Assembly: GCA_041394285.1 (NCBI GenBank)
Contig: JAWKIL010000003.1
Coordinates: 186,441-250,440 of the forward strand
From: Acidimicrobiales bacterium
Lineage (GTDB): Bacteria > Actinomycetota > Acidimicrobiia > Acidimicrobiales > SZUA-35
Direction: 5' to 3'
DNA: 64,000 nt
In this document: one piece after another, positions 1 through 9,027 of the stretch
How the letters are laid out: every line of letters starts with the position of its first letter
Position numbering within the stretch: position 1 is the first letter of the stretch
Program-made: the position numbers and the translations under genes
Notes under the pieces: generated by a model
What the model was told of the DNA's origin: nothing
Databases searched by the model: none
Seen by the model: only the letters and a program-made list of their open reading frames with translations

Positions 1-174
1 GGTGGCGGTGGTGGCCGCAGCCAGCGCCGGGTCGGCGGACCCGCCGGCCCGGGCGGCGTCGGCCTCGCTGCGGTTGAGCTGCTCGGTGCGGAAGGCGGCG
101 AAGTCCTCGGCCAGGCGGCCGTACAGTTTCGCCGTGTCCTTCACCCGGCGCCGTTGGCGGCGGGCCGGGCTCAC
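1..174 (-). CDS. hypothetical protein, first 58 codons only (gene runs off the left edge)
   Basis: The minus-strand frame is open from GTG at 174 (GGAG about 8 nt upstream) to base 1. Nearly every codon ends in G/C. It is absent from the ORF track because it is truncated. No motif was recognised. Confidence 0.4.
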   Translation of the reverse strand, partial: MSPARRQRRRVKDTAKLYGRLAEDFAAFRTEQLNRSEADAARAGGSADPALAAATTAT

Positions 175-377
175 ACCCGGTGTCTCCGTGCTCCGGTCGT
201 GATCGCCATCACCCCTCCTTCGATCGTGGACTGCGCCTGCTAGAGGCTTCTGTCAGCCCGGCGATACAAGAGATTCGCCGGAAGTCTCGCACGGGGAGGT
301 GACGGGGCGGGTTCGGGTCTGGGTCACCGGGCGCCGGACCGCTAGGGTCGGGGGCAACCCGAGCGAGAGGAGTGGCC

Positions 378-890
378 ATGGCGCTCAACCGGAACGTCGG
401 CGACCGATTCCCCGACGTCACGATGGTCGACGACCGGGGCCAGGCCCGGACGATCAGCGAGGTGGCCGACGGCCAGCCGCTGTTCCTCGCTTTCTTCCGC
501 GGCCCGTGGTGACCCAAGTGCCAGCTGCAGCTGCGAGAGCTGGTCGAGTTCTCTGAGTCAACCGCCGTCTCCTACCAGCGGCTCGCCGTGGTCTCGGTGG
601 ACCCGCCCCGGGTGCTGGAGGCGTTCAAGGCCGGGCTGGGTGCCCGCTTCCCTTTCCTCAGCGACGAGGGCCGGGCCGTCACCAACGAGCTCGGCATCGC
701 CGAGCACACCGATACCCGCCACGGCCCCCTCCCGGTGCCCTTCACCTTCGCCCTGCTGCCCGACCTCACGATCAGCCACATCTGGAACGGGTGGTACTTC
801 GTGGGGCGGCCCACACCGGAGGAGCTGCGCCGGGCCGCCCGGGAGATCATGGACCGGGTGGTGCCCGACCTCGACTTCCGGGGGGACTGA
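378..890 (+). CDS. AhpC/TSA-family thiol redoxin with an in-frame TGA (510..512) at the first Cys of the WCxxC motif; candidate selenoprotein (alternative: TGC->TGA pseudogene)
   Basis: ATG 378 has GAGGAG 5 nt upstream. The frame is open to 890 apart from one TGA. The context FFRGPW-TGA-PKCQLQLREL matches the redoxin WCxxC motif. The C-terminal part is the track ORF 588..890. High GC3 continues on both sides of the TGA. Confidence 0.6.
521..543 (+). promoter_or_regulatory. candidate bacterial SECIS-like hairpin downstream of UGA 510..512
   Basis: Perfect 6-bp stem CCAGCT (521..526) / AGCTGG (538..543) with an 11-nt loop starting with G. It begins 8 nt after the UGA. Confidence 0.35.
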
Positions 891-891
891 G

Positions 892-929
892 GGAGCCCTT
901 CGGGCTCCTTGGGTTCGCCTGGGGCGAAC
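892..929. terminator. two adjacent GC-rich hairpins between convergent genes (bidirectional terminator candidate)
   Basis: First hairpin: GGAGCCC (892..898) / GGGCTCC (902..908), followed by TT. Second hairpin: GTTCGCC (913..919) / GGCGAAC (923..929). They lie between stop 890 (+) and stop 956 (-). Confidence 0.5.
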
Positions 930-955
930 GCCTGGGGGAGCCCTTCGGCGAGGAA

Positions 956-1987
956 CTAGTTCACCAGGTCGGCCAGGCGGGCCAGGGCGGCGTCGGCCTG
1001 GGCCGGGCTCCGGCGCCCCAGGCCGCAGCTGTGCGACACGTCGACCGGGCGGCCCACGGCGCCCTCGATGACGTCGCGGATCCGGCGCTGCACCGCGATG
1101 TCCTGATCCTCGTGGGCGAAGCCGGCGATGACCCGGACCTCCGGGCCGAGGCGGAGCGCGGCCAGCGGGCGGTGGAAGGCGGGATCGGCCGACGGCGGGT
1201 CGTCGGCCTCGGCCAGCGGGAGGTGGACGAAGTCGAGGGGCCGACCGCTGGGCCAGGCGGCAACGATGGCGTTGGTGAGCTGCACCAGCGGCTCGGCGTC
1301 GACCAGGTGGCCGAGCGCCCTGTGGTTCATGTCGCCCAGGCAGAGGTGGAGGCCGAAGCGGGCCCCGGGGGGCGCCCCCTGGGCCAGGGCCGCCACCTGG
1401 CGGCCCAGGCGGCCGGCCAGCACCGGCCTCACCCGGGCCGGGGCCCGGGTGAGCACCACCACCTCGGCCGGGATCTCGATCTGGTACACAACGTCGTCGT
1501 CGCCGTAGGCGGCCGACACGTCGTGCATGGTGGTGGCCAACGCCTCGGCGAACGGGCGGCGGTGGCGGACCGGCCCCACCGGCCCGAAGGTGAACATCGA
1601 CAGGTCGATGTCGCCCGGTATGCCCACCTGGAACCGCAGGCCGGGAAGGTTGTGCTCCCGGCGCAGGGCGAGGAAGGCGGAGCGGGCGGCGAAGGCGGCC
1701 GGCGCGATCCCCAGGTCGAGCGACGCCCCGTACAGCCGGTGGCCGGGACGGACCCGGAAACGGGGCACCCGGTCGTAGCTCGACCAGTCGCCTTCCTTCA
1801 CCAGCTCCAGGTCGGGATGGTGGCGCAGCGAGTCGATCATCGAGATGATCCAGTTCCGCCGCTCGCCCGTTTCCCCGTCGGGCAGGGTGGCCAGCGCCGG
1901 CCCGAGCCGGCTCAGGGCCAGCTTCATGGCATCGATCTCGCTGGCGCCGGGCAGGCTGCCCACCAGATGGGCCCGTCGTGTGACCAT
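956..1987 (-). CDS. MetE-C-terminal-like (cobalamin-independent methionine synthase fold) Zn-binding family protein
   Basis: 343-aa ORF. HLCLGD and SHSCGLGRR resemble the His/Cys...Cys zinc ligands of the MetE catalytic domain. The exact function is unknown. Confidence 0.55.
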   Translation of the reverse strand: MVTRRAHLVGSLPGASEIDAMKLALSRLGPALATLPDGETGERRNWIISMIDSLRHHPDLELVKEGDWSSYDRVPRFRVRPGHRLYGASLDLGIAPAAFAARSAFLALRREHNLPGLRFQVGIPGDIDLSMFTFGPVGPVRHRRPFAEALATTMHDVSAAYGDDDVVYQIEIPAEVVVLTRAPARVRPVLAGRLGRQVAALAQGAPPGARFGLHLCLGDMNHRALGHLVDAEPLVQLTNAIVAAWPSGRPLDFVHLPLAEADDPPSADPAFHRPLAALRLGPEVRVIAGFAHEDQDIAVQRRIRDVIEGAVGRPVDVSHSCGLGRRSPAQADAALARLADLVN

Positions 1988-2042
1988 GATGCGCTCCCGC
2001 TCTGCCGCCCGGTGACCGTGGTGGGGCGATCGTAGCCGGACG

Positions 2043-2080
2043 CGACGGTGCCAGGGGCCCGAAGACCCCTGGCACCGTCG
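2043..2080 (-). terminator. strong hairpin downstream of the first solute-binding protein gene
   Basis: 15-bp perfect stem CGACGGTGCCAGGGG / CCCCTGGCACCGTCG with an 8-nt loop, about 50 nt after the stop at 2129. It shares flanks with the hairpin at 7023..7057. Confidence 0.6.
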
Positions 2081-2128
2081 GGTTCAGCTGGCGGGCATCA
2101 GTGCCCGGGCTGTGTCAGCTCAGTGGGC

Positions 2129-3754
2129 TCAGTAGAGGTCGCAGGTACCACCCGACTGCTGGAAGTTGCAGTTCTTGGACGCTCCGTCGAGGTTGAACAC
2201 CTCGGTCTTGGAGAGGTAGCTCTGCTTGGCCACGTCGAACTGCTGGTAGACGCCGCCTTCGGTGTAGTAGGAGTCCTTGTTGCCGTCGACGTGGAAGACC
2301 ATGCCGGGTAGCTGCAAGGGGTTGTTCATGTCGAGCGCCCGGGCGGCCAGGATGGTGTTGGCCCGGGTGAGGCCACCGTCGAGCTGACCGGCGATCTCCA
2401 GCACCTGGACCCACGCCCAGCCGTAGAGAACACCGAGGCCGAGCTCAGCGGCCGAGTCGGGGTCGTCGCCGTGGGCCGTGATCAGGTCACGCGCCCACAC
2501 GATGGCCGGGTCGCTCTGCTGCTCGGGGTCGCGCACGTCCTTGGAGCCGCCGTTGACGATCCACCAGCCTTCGGAGGCCGAGCCGTCGCCGCCCACCTTC
2601 TCCTTGGAGAGCTGGGTGGAGCCGGCGCAGGTGTTGGGCTGCCACAGGTACTTCACGTCCTGCTGCATCCCGTTCTGGCCCGCCTCGATCACGGCCTGGG
2701 TGCAGAAGGTGCCGGCCACCATGGCGATGAAGATGTCGGGCTTCTTGGAGCCCAGCGTGGTCATCTGGTTGGTGATCGTGGGCGACTGGGGATCGACGTT
2801 CTCGGTCACGTAGGTGACCTTGTCCTTGATCGGGGTGGTCTCCAGCCAGGCCTTGAAGCCGACGTCGTAGATCTTGCCGAACTCGTTCGCCTCGACCAGG
2901 GAGGCCACGGTCACGCCGTCGGGGAACTCGTCGATGTGGTCCTCGATGAACGAGCCCCACAGCACGGCCTCGGTGGTGTAGGCCAGGCCCAGGCCGGTGG
3001 TCCAGGGGTGGTTCTCGGGATCACCCCAGGCCGGGTGACCAGTCTGGTTGAACAGGTGGGGCACGCAGCGCTGGTTCAGCTTGTCGTAGGTCTTGAGGGT
3101 GTTGGGCGAGCCCAGCGTCACCTGGCCGAAGACCTTCTCGGAGTCGAGGAACTCATCGACCAGAGGCACGGTCTTGGCCGGGTCGTAGCCGTCGTCCTTC
3201 TGGATGTAGTTGATCGTCCGGGTCTTGCCCGTCGAATCGGTGAAGGCGCCCTTCTCTCCGTAGTAGTCGAAGATGGCCTCCTGGCCCTTGCCGTAGTTGG
3301 CGGCGTAGGCGAGGGTGCCCGACTGGGCCAGCGTCTGGCCGATCTTGATCTCGGTGTCGGTGATGCCCTCGGTCTCGTTCCAGCCGGCCGCGCACTTCGA
3401 CAGGTCGACGGTGAAGCCCTCGGGGCCGGTGAGCGTGTTGCCGTCGGCCGAGACGCCCCACCCGTTGTCCTTGATGCGGGTGACGATGGCCTCGCGCTGG
3501 GCCGCCCACAGGGTTTCCCAGCCTTCCATGTCGGTGGGCAGCTTGGTGGGATCGGTGACCGCCTCACCCGAGGTCTCGCCGGCCTCGATGGCCAGCGACA
3601 CCGAGGTTGTGGTGCCCGCTTCGGTGGTGGCCGTGGCCCCACCGCTGTCGGTGGTCTCGGTGCCCGAACCGCTGTCACTACTACTGCCGCACGCGGACGC
3701 GACGAGGGACATCCCCATCGCGGCGATGAGCAGCCTCCTGCGTGGAGCTCTCAT
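2129..3754 (-). CDS. ABC-type substrate-binding lipoprotein, LivK/Peripla_BP_6-like (paralog 1)
   Basis: I trimmed the start to ATG 3754, which has GGGGAGAAG upstream. Signal and lipobox: MRAPRRRLLIAAMGMSLVASAC-GSS. The body resembles branched-chain amino acid-type binding proteins. Confidence 0.7.
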   Translation of the reverse strand: MRAPRRRLLIAAMGMSLVASACGSSSDSGSGTETTDSGGATATTEAGTTTSVSLAIEAGETSGEAVTDPTKLPTDMEGWETLWAAQREAIVTRIKDNGWGVSADGNTLTGPEGFTVDLSKCAAGWNETEGITDTEIKIGQTLAQSGTLAYAANYGKGQEAIFDYYGEKGAFTDSTGKTRTINYIQKDDGYDPAKTVPLVDEFLDSEKVFGQVTLGSPNTLKTYDKLNQRCVPHLFNQTGHPAWGDPENHPWTTGLGLAYTTEAVLWGSFIEDHIDEFPDGVTVASLVEANEFGKIYDVGFKAWLETTPIKDKVTYVTENVDPQSPTITNQMTTLGSKKPDIFIAMVAGTFCTQAVIEAGQNGMQQDVKYLWQPNTCAGSTQLSKEKVGGDGSASEGWWIVNGGSKDVRDPEQQSDPAIVWARDLITAHGDDPDSAAELGLGVLYGWAWVQVLEIAGQLDGGLTRANTILAARALDMNNPLQLPGMVFHVDGNKDSYYTEGGVYQQFDVAKQSYLSKTEVFNLDGASKNCNFQQSGGTCDLY

Positions 3755-3908
3755 ACTCTTCTCCCCTTGTGAACGCTGCACGGTTCTCGGCAGCGGGCGC
3801 AACCCTAGCTCACGCCCCCACCAGCCGCGCAAAGGCAGCAGCGAGACGCCTGCAATCTGTAACCCGGCCGTATCGGCCCGGTGTCAGGGGATGGGGAGAA
3901 TCAGCAGG

Positions 3909-5537
3909 TCAGTAGAGCTCGCAGGTACCTCCCTGTTGTTGGAAGTTGCAGTTCTTCGACGCTCCGTCGAGGTTGAAGATCTCGGTCTTGGAGACGTAGC
4001 TCTGCTTGGCCACGTCGAACTGTTGGAACACCCCGCCCTCGGTGTAGTAGGAGTCCTTGTTGCCGTCGACGTGGAAGACCATGCCGGGTAGCTGCAGGGG
4101 GTTGTTCATGTCGAGCGCCCGGGCGGCCAGGATGGTGTTGGCCCGGGTGAGGCCGCCGTCGAGCTCTCCGGCGATCATCAGCACCTGGGCCCAGGCCCAG
4201 CCGTAGATCATCCCCAGGCCGAGCTCCACCGCCGAGTCGGGATCGTCGCCGTGGGCCTCCAGGATCTCGCGGGCCCAGATCACGGCCGGATCGGCCTGCT
4301 GCTCGGGATCCCGGATGTCCTTGGAGCCGCCGTTGACGATCCACCAGCCCTCCGAAGCCGAGCCGTCGCCGCCCACCTTCTCCTTGGAGAGCTGGGTGGA
4401 GCCGGCGCAGGTGTTGGGCTGCCACAGGTACTGCACGGCTTCCTTCATCCCGTTCTGGCCCGCCTCGATCACGGCCTGGGCGCAGAAGGTGCCGGCCACC
4501 ATGGCGATGAACACCTGGGGATTCTTGGAGCCCAGGGTGGTCATCTGGTTGGTGATCGTGGGGGCCTGGGGGTCGACGGTCTCGCTGATGTAGGTGACCT
4601 TGTCCTTCACCGGGCTCGATTCGAGCCAGGCCCGGAAGCCGACGTCGTAGATCTTGCCGAACTCGTTCGCCATCACCAGGGAGGCCACGGTCACGCCGTC
4701 GGGCCATTCGTCGATGTGGTCCTCGATGAACGAGCCCCACAGCACGGCCTCGGTGGTGTAGGCGAGGCCCAGGCCGGTGGTCCAGGGGTGGTTTTTGGGA
4801 TCGCCCCAGGCCGGGTGACCGGTCTGGTTGAACAGGTGGGGCACGCAGCGCTGGTTGATCTTGTCGTAGGTCTTGAGGGTGTTGGGCGAGCCCAGCGTCA
4901 CCTGGCCGAAGACCTTCTCGGAGTCGAGGAACTCGTCGACGTAGGGGACGGTCTTGGCCGGGTCGTACCCGTCGTCCTTCACGATGTAGTTGACCTTGCG
5001 GGTCTTGCCGGCGGAGTCGGTGAAGGCGCCCTTGTCTCCGTAGTACTGGAGGATGGCGTCCTGGCCCTTGCCGTAGTTGGCGGCGGCGGCCAGGGTGCCG
5101 GACAGGGCCAGGGTCTGGCCGATCTTGATCTCGGTGTCGGTCAGACCCTCCGTCTGGTCCCAGCCGGAGGGACACTGCGACAGATCGACGGTGAAGCCCT
5201 CGGGGCCGGTGAGCGTCTTGCCGTCGGCCGAGACGCCCCAGTTGTTCTCCTGGATGCGGGTGACGATGGCCTCCCGCTGGGCTGCCCACAGGGCCTCCCA
5301 GCCCTCCATGTCGGTCGGCAGCTCGGTGCCGTCGGTGATGGCGGCGCCGCTGAACTCCCCGGCGTCGATGGCCAGCGAGACCGACGTGGTGGTGCCGGCC
5401 TCCGTGGTGGCCGTCGCCCCGCCGCTGTCCGCCGTCTCGGTACCCGACCCGCTGTCGCTGCTGCTGCCGCACGCTGCTGCTACGAGGCTGAGCCCCGCGA
5501 ACACCGCGACGAACAGCCTCCCCCCTGGAGCGCTCAT
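3909..5537 (-). CDS. ABC-type substrate-binding lipoprotein, LivK/Peripla_BP_6-like (paralog 2)
   Basis: I trimmed the start to ATG 5537, which has GGGGGAAGAG upstream. Lipobox: LSLVAAAC-GSS. By eye it is about 85% identical to paralog 1. Confidence 0.7.
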   Translation of the reverse strand: MSAPGGRLFVAVFAGLSLVAAACGSSSDSGSGTETADSGGATATTEAGTTTSVSLAIDAGEFSGAAITDGTELPTDMEGWEALWAAQREAIVTRIQENNWGVSADGKTLTGPEGFTVDLSQCPSGWDQTEGLTDTEIKIGQTLALSGTLAAAANYGKGQDAILQYYGDKGAFTDSAGKTRKVNYIVKDDGYDPAKTVPYVDEFLDSEKVFGQVTLGSPNTLKTYDKINQRCVPHLFNQTGHPAWGDPKNHPWTTGLGLAYTTEAVLWGSFIEDHIDEWPDGVTVASLVMANEFGKIYDVGFRAWLESSPVKDKVTYISETVDPQAPTITNQMTTLGSKNPQVFIAMVAGTFCAQAVIEAGQNGMKEAVQYLWQPNTCAGSTQLSKEKVGGDGSASEGWWIVNGGSKDIRDPEQQADPAVIWAREILEAHGDDPDSAVELGLGMIYGWAWAQVLMIAGELDGGLTRANTILAARALDMNNPLQLPGMVFHVDGNKDSYYTEGGVFQQFDVAKQSYVSKTEIFNLDGASKNCNFQQQGGTCELY

Positions 5538-5739
5538 CTCTTCTCTTCCCCCTCGGGCCACCGCAACGCGACGGCTCTGGGCGAGAGCATAACCAGCTGG
5601 TGTGACGGCGACAAGCGTGGGGAGCATTGGTTCGAGCGGTTTGCCGGCCCGGTCGGCTCGGCCGGGAGCCAATGCGGACCGCTCCGGTAGCCGGTGGTAG
5701 CTTCGCCCAACGGGGACCGGCGATCGGGGAGGTGACGCC

Positions 5740-7005
5740 ATGGTGGTGGCCCGACCGGCTGTGGCTGCGCCGCGGCGAGGCGCTTTCGCCTGTTTCTCCG
5801 TGCCGTCCTACCCGACGCTGTGGCTCAGCGGTTGGTGCTGGACCGCCACCCGCCAGCTCTCGGTGTTCCTCGGGGCGTTCCTGGTCAACGAGCTCACCGG
5901 CTCGCCCCTGCGGGTACAGCTGGTGGGCACGATGTTCTTCCTGCCCATGTTCCTGGGAGGCATCGTGGCCGGCGTGGTGTCGGACCGGTTCGACCGGCGG
6001 CGCACGATGATGCGCCAGCTCCTGGCCCTCACCCCGGTCACAGTGGGCATGGCCGCCGTGACCCGCTCGGGCCACCTGGCGGTGTGGATGGTGTACGCCC
6101 TGATGCTGTGCGTGGGGGTGGGCGGGGTGCTCGACATGACCTCCCGCCGGGCCCTGGTGATCGACCTGGTGGGGCCCGAGCGGGCCACCAATGCCGTGGC
6201 CATGGAGGCCTTCGCCATGTCGTCGGGTACCACGATCGGGATCCTGGCCGGCGGCGCTCTGCTGCGATGGGTAGGCCCCGAGGGCACCTATCTGATGATC
6301 GCCGGGTTGTACGCCACCTCAGCCGTGCTGCTCCGGCGGGTGGTGGTGCCCGAACGGGCCCGGGCCGGCGGCGGGGCCGGCGGGAGCTCCGGTGAGCCGG
6401 CTCCGGCCACGGCGCTGCGGGCCGACTTCATGGAAGGGGTGCGCCTGCTGCGCACCGAGAAGCCGCTGGTGTCGCTGCTCGGCGTGACCGTGCTGATGAA
6501 CTTCTTCTTCTACTCCCACACCCCGCTGGTGCCGGTGATCGCCAAGAACCTCGGGGCCGACCCGTTCCAGGCGGCCCTGCTCTCGGCCGGGGCGGGTGTG
6601 GGGACGATGGTGGGCTCGCTGGTGGTGGCGTCCCGCAACCCGGCCCGGCGGGGGCTGCTGTATCTGGGGGCGACGCTGTCGGCCATGGCCACCCTCAACC
6701 TGTTCGCCCATGCACCGGCGTACCACCTGGCGCTGCCGGCGTTGATGGCGGCCGCGCTGTGCTCGTCTGGGTTCAGCTCCACCCAGAGCTCGATCGCCAT
6801 GACCGTGGTGAGCGACCGGGTGCGGGGCCGGGCCATGGGCCTGGTGTCGATGGCGATCGGGGCCCTGCCGTTCGGGATGTTCGTGCTCGGCGTGGCGGCC
6901 CAGCGCCTCGGGCCGCCCGAGGCGCTCACGATCATGACCGTCACCGGCATCGCCCTTACCATCGCCTGGAACGCGTGGCGGCCGGAGTTGCGGCGGGTGC
7001 GCTAG
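5740..7005 (+). CDS. MFS transporter
   Basis: 421 aa with about 12 hydrophobic segments. It carries the MFS loop motif GVVSDRFDRRR. GGGGAGG lies upstream of ATG 5740. Confidence 0.8.
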   Translation: MVVARPAVAAPRRGAFACFSVPSYPTLWLSGWCWTATRQLSVFLGAFLVNELTGSPLRVQLVGTMFFLPMFLGGIVAGVVSDRFDRRRTMMRQLLALTPVTVGMAAVTRSGHLAVWMVYALMLCVGVGGVLDMTSRRALVIDLVGPERATNAVAMEAFAMSSGTTIGILAGGALLRWVGPEGTYLMIAGLYATSAVLLRRVVVPERARAGGGAGGSSGEPAPATALRADFMEGVRLLRTEKPLVSLLGVTVLMNFFFYSHTPLVPVIAKNLGADPFQAALLSAGAGVGTMVGSLVVASRNPARRGLLYLGATLSAMATLNLFAHAPAYHLALPALMAAALCSSGFSSTQSSIAMTVVSDRVRGRAMGLVSMAIGALPFGMFVLGVAAQRLGPPEALTIMTVTGIALTIAWNAWRPELRRVR

Positions 7006-7022
7006 CAGCGTCGCCGGGACGC

Positions 7023-7057
7023 GACGGTGCCCCGGGATCAGATCCCGGGGCACCGTC
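7023..7057. terminator. perfect 17-1-17 palindrome between convergent MFS and binding-protein genes
   Basis: GACGGTGCCCCGGGATC a GATCCCGGGGCACCGTC. The stem base GACGGTGCC...GGCACCGTC and the flank GGGTTCAGCT are the same as at 2043..2090. Confidence 0.6.
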
Positions 7058-7087
7058 TATCTGCTACTCAACTCGGGTTGGTCGGGT

Positions 7088-8690
7088 TCAGCTCACTTGC
7101 AGGCGGCAGCGGTCTGGTCCCAGGCGCAGGGCGAGGACTTGCCCGACAGCTCGATGATGCCGAGATCCTCCTGCTTGGCCCACGTCTGCTGGGTGCCGTC
7201 GAACACGGCGAACTCCGAGCCCTCGGTGGGGTACGGATCGTCGTTGCCGGCCATGTTGTACTTGATCCCCTCCAGCAGGTTGGGGTTCGTCATGTCCAGC
7301 ATCCGGGCCGCCAGCATGAAGTTGGGTCGGCTCAGCCCACCGGGCAGATCGGCCGCCAGCTTGAGGGCCTGCACGGTCGGCCAGCCGAAGGCGAACCCGT
7401 TGCCGAGCTGGCTCGAATCCTCCGACGGGTGGCCGGCCTTGGTCAGCAGGTCCCGGGCCCACGCAACCCACACGTTGTCGGCGTTGTTGGCGTCGTTGAA
7501 GTCGAGACCGCCGCCGCCCACGATCCACCAGCCGTCGGCGGCCAAGCCGTCGCCGCCCACCTTGTCCTTGCCGACGAAGTTCAGACCCTTGCACACCGAG
7601 GGCATGAACAGCATCGTGCACGCTGTCCTTCATCCCGTTGTTGGCGGCCTCGGTGATGGCCTGGGTGCACGAGGTGCCGGCCGTCATGGCGATGAACACG
7701 TCGGGGTTCTTCGACGCCAGCGTGGTCATCTGGTTGGTGATGGTCGGCGCCGTGGGCTCGATCCGCTCGAACACGAAGTTGATCTTCAGCTTCGAGGTCT
7801 TGATGAACTCGTTGAACCCGAGCTCGTAGGCCTTGCCGAAGTCGTTCTGCATGATCAGGCCGGCGACCGTGATCTCCGGCTGGTCGGCGAACTTCTTCTC
7901 CAGCAGACCGCCCCACAGGATGGCCTCGGTGTTGTAGGCCAGCTGGTGGCCCCACACCCACGGGTGGTTGGCCGGGTCACCCCAGGCGGGGTGGCCCGAC
8001 ATCACGTAGGGATCGGGCACGCAGCGCTGGTTCAGCTTGTCGTACACCTTCATGGTGTTGGGCGAGCCCAGCGTCTGGATGGCGAACGACCCGGTGGAGT
8101 CGAGCAGCTCGTCCACCAGCGGCACGGTCTTGGCCGCGTCGTAGGCGTCGTCCTTGAGCGTGTTCTCGATGGTGTAGGTCTTGCCCTCGGAATCGGTGAT
8201 GCCGCCCTCGGCGTTGATGTAGTCGTAGTAGATCTTCTGGGCCAGGCCGATGTTGCCGTAGTCGGCCAGCGTGCCCGACTGGGCGAGCGTCTGGCCGATC
8301 GTGATCTTGCCCTCACCCAGGCCGCCGTAGGCGTCCCAACCGGCGGGGCACGTCGACAGGTCGACCTGGAAGCCGCCGGGCCCGGTGACCGTGTTGGCCG
8401 CCTGGTCCCACTGCCAGCCTTCGGCCTCGGCCTTGGCCACCAGGTCGGCCCGCTGGGTGTCCCACAGCGCCTCCCAGTCGGCGATGGTCTTGATGTCGGA
8501 CACCGGCGTGGCGTTGGCATCGGCGGCGGTCGTCGACGTGTTCCCCAGCGCCGACCTCCGCCGCTCGGCGACGTCTTCGCGTCGATGTTGGTTGCGCCGG
8601 TCTCGGTGTTGGCGTCGTCGCTGCCGCTACTTCCGCACGCACCGGCCGCGGAGGCCGAGCGCAGAACAGGACAGCAAAGGCCCTCGACAT
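7088..8690 (-). pseudogene. decayed third paralog of the substrate-binding lipoprotein (at least 3 frame changes)
   Basis: Homologous sequence is spread over three frames. The ATG 8690 (MSRAFAVLF) is in one frame, the lipobox AAGACGSSGSDD in a second, the body 8503..about 7615 in a third, and the C-terminus 7614..7093 is shifted again (CAC-G-ATG near 7615). Confidence 0.7.
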
Positions 8691-9027
8691 TGATCTGCCG
8701 GCAGTAGTTCCGCTCCACCCTGAGTTCTACCCGCCCCCTTGATCTGAAGCGCTCGACCCGAGCATGGGTGTCGCCAACGACGTCCGTAGCGACATGAGTG
8801 ACGAATGACACACTCACTCAGTTCCGTGACGAAACCGGGACGATTTGGAACCGCCCCGCACTCAACGTGGTGGTTTTGCGGGGAAGGATGCGTCGGTTCA
8901 CGGGGTGTGGCGGCACCGGTCGAGCTTTCAGGACCCTGGGGCGGCCGGCGACGCGTGCCGTCATCGCATCGGGGATGCCGCCTCCACCCCGGGACCTGGG
9001 TTCCGCCGGGCGCTAGCCTGTCGGCCC

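Noticed and set aside
558-2075. Very long ORFs on both strands over the MetE-like gene (558..2075 -, 791..2035 +), plus similar giants elsewhere (3901..6075 -, 15186..17645 -, 15440..18442 +, 49242..52880 +, 54059..57556 -).
   Set aside because: Their translations are Arg/Pro/Gly/Ala-rich low-complexity strings, typical of out-of-frame or antisense reading of high-GC genes. Each overlaps a gene with clear family motifs in another frame.
7600-7630. The frame change in the third binding-protein paralog considered as programmed +1/-1 frameshifting.
   Set aside because: There is no slippery heptamer or downstream structure at the site. The same gene has at least two more frame breaks near its 5-prime end, so decay (or sequence error) is the simpler explanation.
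8691-9027. The 340-nt region upstream of the decayed binding-protein gene examined for a riboswitch, small ORFs (8798..9016, 8805..9557) or an sRNA.
   Set aside because: I saw only short inverted repeats (for example TGAGTG...CACTCA near 8795..8820) and no pattern I can match to a known riboswitch. The small ORFs have poor coding character. A covariance-model scan would be needed.
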